From: Deinococcales bacterium
GTDB lineage: Bacteria > Deinococcota > Deinococci > Deinococcales > JAAFIG01
Direction of reading: 5' to 3'
Length of the DNA: 20,021 nucleotides
Assembly: GCA_031414595.1 (NCBI GenBank)
Contig: JANNVX010000057.1
Coordinates: 1 to 20,021, forward strand
The position numbers were made by a program, and so were the translations under genes. Below the pieces are notes generated by a model. The model saw nothing but the letters and a program-made list of their open reading frames with translations. It ran no database searches and was not told the origin of the DNA. Positions 17,322 to 20,021 of this stretch are shown in pieces; positions within the stretch are counted from its first letter, which is position 1; each line of letters begins with the position of its first letter.

Positions 17322-19220
17322 CTATAAACCTTTGAGCATTTCCCCTATTTGTGTCTCGAGTTTTTGTTGTTCGCTTGCAATCGCTTTATCACGGGTTTCT
17401 AAGCTCTGCATTGAATCCTCGAGCCGCTCGAGTTGCTGCACCAAACGGGTGCGTAATTTGGCATCTTGTGGACTGGTCAGGGGTTCAAGGTTCTTGCGGG
17501 TGTCTTCCATGCGGCTGCGGACTTGGCTGCGCTCGCTTTCGTTTTTACTGATTTCGTTGGCTAAGTCAACGGTTTTGGCTTGGTGTAACAAAATGGCTTG
17601 AAGCGATTTTAAGGTGCCAGCGTTTAACAAGCGCTGCTCAAGATAGCCACTCAGCATGGCGCTGTTTGTGCCGCGAATATCTTGGTAGCGGGTGGCGAGG
17701 CGCTGCTCGAGAATTGTAAAGACGGTGCGTTTTTGGGCGGTAGCATTAAATTTGTAACGGGCAAATTCGAGGGTTTCCTCGAGTGGTTTTTGTTCTAAAC
17801 TAGAATTGTACCAACGCGGATGTTCTAGCGTGATAATCGTATCGGTGGACAATTGACTGCTGGCTTCATAGGTTGTTTCACAATATTCAAGACCTTCGAG
17901 GTACATGCCGCCATCATGAAAATAAATTCGGGTCGTGGTTTCGCGGTTTACACTGCTGGTCTGCATGGTAATCCCAAGTTCCATAGCAAATGCCAGAATC
18001 ACGTCGCTGTTGCTGGGGCTAAACGGCACAACTGCTTCGCCCGCATAGTCGGCATTGTCTAAAATCGTACAAGGTCCTCGCTCGAGCGTCAGGGATTGGT
18101 TTTTGAAGCGCAGACTGGCGACTGGATTGACCCCAGTCTTTTGCGGGTTGTACAACAGTTCGCGGCTGCCCCTGACCTTAAAGCCAAGAATCGAAACCAT
18201 ACCGCTTTCACCGCGCTTGACCGATACAGGCGTGGCGATGTTATAGGCAAATAATGCACCTTTGGCTTCACCTGTGGCTTGGGCAGGGGCGCTGCCAGCG
18301 TACCCCTCCTCGAGTTTTTTGGCACTCATTTTTCGCATTCGAGGGGCAGCCGCCGCGCTCATTGCCATTGCTGGGGCTGGCGCGGCACGTTCGTACTCCA
18401 TGTCCATCATCGCCTCAAATTCTATTGGTGCATTAACGGTACGGTTTTCGTCACGCACCAAAGGGCGTTCTGGGGTATTCGGGGTGTGCAATTCGTACCT
18501 AAAAGACACTGGCATTCCCGCCGTTAAGGTCAGGGTTACATTCTCTAAATCTTCTTCGAGGGTGTTATCAAATAAACCCCAGCCTTGGACAAAAATATCT
18601 CGGGCTTCGGGGTCATTTTCCACAGCCCTTGCCAGTAATCGGTACGAAACTCGCCATGCTGGGGCAGGGGCAATATAAGAAATTTCGACTTCACTGGGTT
18701 TAGAAAGCGTCACTCGAGCAAAAGCGCGTTCAGTATCTTTGCGCTGTGCCAGCAGTGCAAATTCAAGGTCGGCTTGGGCGCGACCATCGAGCAATGCCAC
18801 TTTACTAATATGCGCCAGTGGAATCAGTTCAATCCCACCTTCGCTCGAGATTGCCAATAATGCCCGTTTCAGATGCCTTTCTGCTTCGACTTCCAAACCA
18901 ATAATTTCGCCGGTGATACTGCGTTCACCAATAAAAACCATGACTCGAGAACCCGCAAAGGCTTGCAGCAAACCAGAAATTGGCGGGTCAAACTGCAATG
19001 GCTGACGCTGCGCTGCTTGGTTGCGGTCTGGTGGGGTTTCAAATGCCACACCAAGCACTTGCACACCCTCATCAAGCGTTAAAACAGCTAGGCTTTTTAA
19101 GGCATCATCCATTGCCCGACGTGGAAACTCGAGGGCAAAACTGCTTTCGGCTTGACCTGTTCGTTCAAAAAAACCAAGTCCATGCTTATAAAGGGTGACG
19201 CGACGAATGGGTAAGGTCAT
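17322..19220 (-). CDS. DUF4139-like protein with C-terminal coiled coil
   Basis: IRRVTLYKHGLGFFER, SYIAPAPAWRVSYRL, DNTLEEDLENVTLTLTAGMP and an APAPAMAM linker. Leaderless TATACT-N6-ATG. Confidence 0.75.
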   Translation of the reverse strand: MTLPIRRVTLYKHGLGFFERTGQAESSFALEFPRRAMDDALKSLAVLTLDEGVQVLGVAFETPPDRNQAAQRQPLQFDPPISGLLQAFAGSRVMVFIGERSITGEIIGLEVEAERHLKRALLAISSEGGIELIPLAHISKVALLDGRAQADLEFALLAQRKDTERAFARVTLSKPSEVEISYIAPAPAWRVSYRLLARAVENDPEARDIFVQGWGLFDNTLEEDLENVTLTLTAGMPVSFRYELHTPNTPERPLVRDENRTVNAPIEFEAMMDMEYERAAPAPAMAMSAAAAPRMRKMSAKKLEEGYAGSAPAQATGEAKGALFAYNIATPVSVKRGESGMVSILGFKVRGSRELLYNPQKTGVNPVASLRFKNQSLTLERGPCTILDNADYAGEAVVPFSPSNSDVILAFAMELGITMQTSSVNRETTTRIYFHDGGMYLEGLEYCETTYEASSQLSTDTIITLEHPRWYNSSLEQKPLEETLEFARYKFNATAQKRTVFTILEQRLATRYQDIRGTNSAMLSGYLEQRLLNAGTLKSLQAILLHQAKTVDLANEISKNESERSQVRSRMEDTRKNLEPLTSPQDAKLRTRLVQQLERLEDSMQSLETRDKAIASEQQKLETQIGEMLKGL

Positions 19221-19317
19221 GCTTTAAGTATAGGGCATGTTTTTGTTTTACGCGCCAAGTGCCTCAATTATTTGGGGGTAACTCAAGGTTTTGGTAAAAA
19301 TACGAGGTTTAGAGCAT

Positions 19318-19346
19318 TTGGCAAAACTCAAGGCAAGCGCTACAAT
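19318..19346 (+). promoter_or_regulatory. sigma70-type leaderless promoter of the toxin-antitoxin operon
   Basis: TTGGCA (19318-23), 17 bp, TACAAT (19341-46), 6 nt, ATG 19353. Confidence 0.7.
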
Positions 19347-19352
19347 GCACCC

Positions 19353-19655
19353 ATGACTGCACCAGCAAAAATGCAAACTCTAAACACAGGAATTGACCCA
19401 CAATTCTTAATTGATACTACTGGTAAACCAACCGCAGTCATGCTCTCCATCGAAACATGGGAGCGAATCGCGCCAATGCTGCAAACAAACCTTGCACTCG
19501 AGACACAAACCGTTCTAAAGCACATTCCAGTGGTGGATGAACCTGTACCTGCTCGAGTCAGCAAACGATTCAAAGAACTAGTAAAAGGTATCAAAGTCGA
19601 AACGTTGACCGTAAAAGAAGCGCAAACCGAACTTAAAAGGTTGCGCGACAAATGA
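19353..19655 (+). CDS. Putative type II antitoxin
   Basis: 100 aa. QFLIDTTGKPTAVMLSIETWERI resembles Phd/YefM-like N-termini. It overlaps the RelE-like gene by ATGA. Confidence 0.65.
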   Translation: MTAPAKMQTLNTGIDPQFLIDTTGKPTAVMLSIETWERIAPMLQTNLALETQTVLKHIPVVDEPVPARVSKRFKELVKGIKVETLTVKEAQTELKRLRDK

Positions 19656-19885
19656 TTACACCCGAACGAACACCCTTTGTGCTTGTGCTGGAAAAACGCG
19701 CTCTAAAAGCCCTAAAACCGCTCAGCACCCAAGACGAAGCACGGGTTTGGGACGCACTTCTACGCCTTTGCGCCGAGGGCATTGGCGATATTGGACAGTT
19801 GCAGAACGAACCAACTGGTTCTTTGCGTTTAAGAGTTGGGGATATGCGAATATTTCTTTTTCTCGAGGGACATAGCCTAACATTA
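19652..19885 (+). pseudogene. RelE/ParE-family toxin interrupted by an IS
   Basis: Not in the ORF track. Reads MITPERTPFVLVLEKRALKALKPL...GDIGQLQNEPTGSLRLRVGDMRIFLFLEGHSLT, then runs into IS sequence. RLRVGDMRI matches the RelE RLRVGDYRV motif. Confidence 0.8.
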
Positions 19886-20021
19886 GACGTTATCGGAAAT
19901 AAGAAACTAGCTCGATTTCCGCAAAGCCCGTTTGCGAAAAGCACAGCGAAGGTTATGCAAACCACAAGCAATCTCCATAAACCAATCAGAGCAATACCAC
20001 TTCGTATTCCGCAACACGTCC
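19884..20021 (-). mobile_element. End of an IS5-family (ISL2/IS1381-like, DDE_Tnp_4) insertion sequence
   Basis: Minus-strand 20020..19907 encodes DVLRNTKWYCSDWFMEIACGLHNLRCAFRKRALRKSS*, like the C-termini of these transposases. It is followed by a TAGAC-starting terminal sequence, TAGACGTTATCGGAAATAAG, at 19884. Confidence 0.75.

Noticed and set aside
19272-19352. Longer TTG start for the antitoxin (also the longer starts at 5624, 7518 and 10288)
   Set aside because: The extensions span predicted promoter or RBS elements. Downstream starts fit the -10 or SD geometry better.
19633-19971. 112-aa minus-strand ORF
   Set aside because: It is antisense to the RelE-like gene and out of frame with the transposase C-terminus.

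Overview
Bacterial chromosomal window, roughly 45-50% GC by eye, probably from Deinococcota. This is inferred from a DR1119-type phosphoesterase, many leaderless TANNNT-N6/7-start genes and the integrase type. The left half is mostly housekeeping: the 3' part of ftsH, a Ser/Thr kinase-NTPase-TPR protein, a metallophosphoesterase, and an SDR-nrdR-thiN operon. Two convergent tRNAs (Ala-GGC, Arg-UCU) then enclose a decayed tyrosine-integrase relic. The right half holds secreted or lipoprotein genes (M14 carboxypeptidase, NHL/Ig lipoprotein, lamin-tail metzincin with a coupled partner, DUF4139-like protein) and a saccharopine-dehydrogenase-family gene preceded by a candidate leaderless uORF. It ends with a RelE-type toxin-antitoxin pair whose toxin is cut by an IS5-family element. 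The most striking signal is not a gene. The palindrome CTCGAG occurs about 100 times (manual count 103, about 5 expected), in all three codon frames and in intergenic DNA, while GATC is rare. This resembles a HIP1-like highly iterated palindrome. CTCGAG also sits at the same position, 2 nt after the -35 box, in both predicted tRNA promoters.
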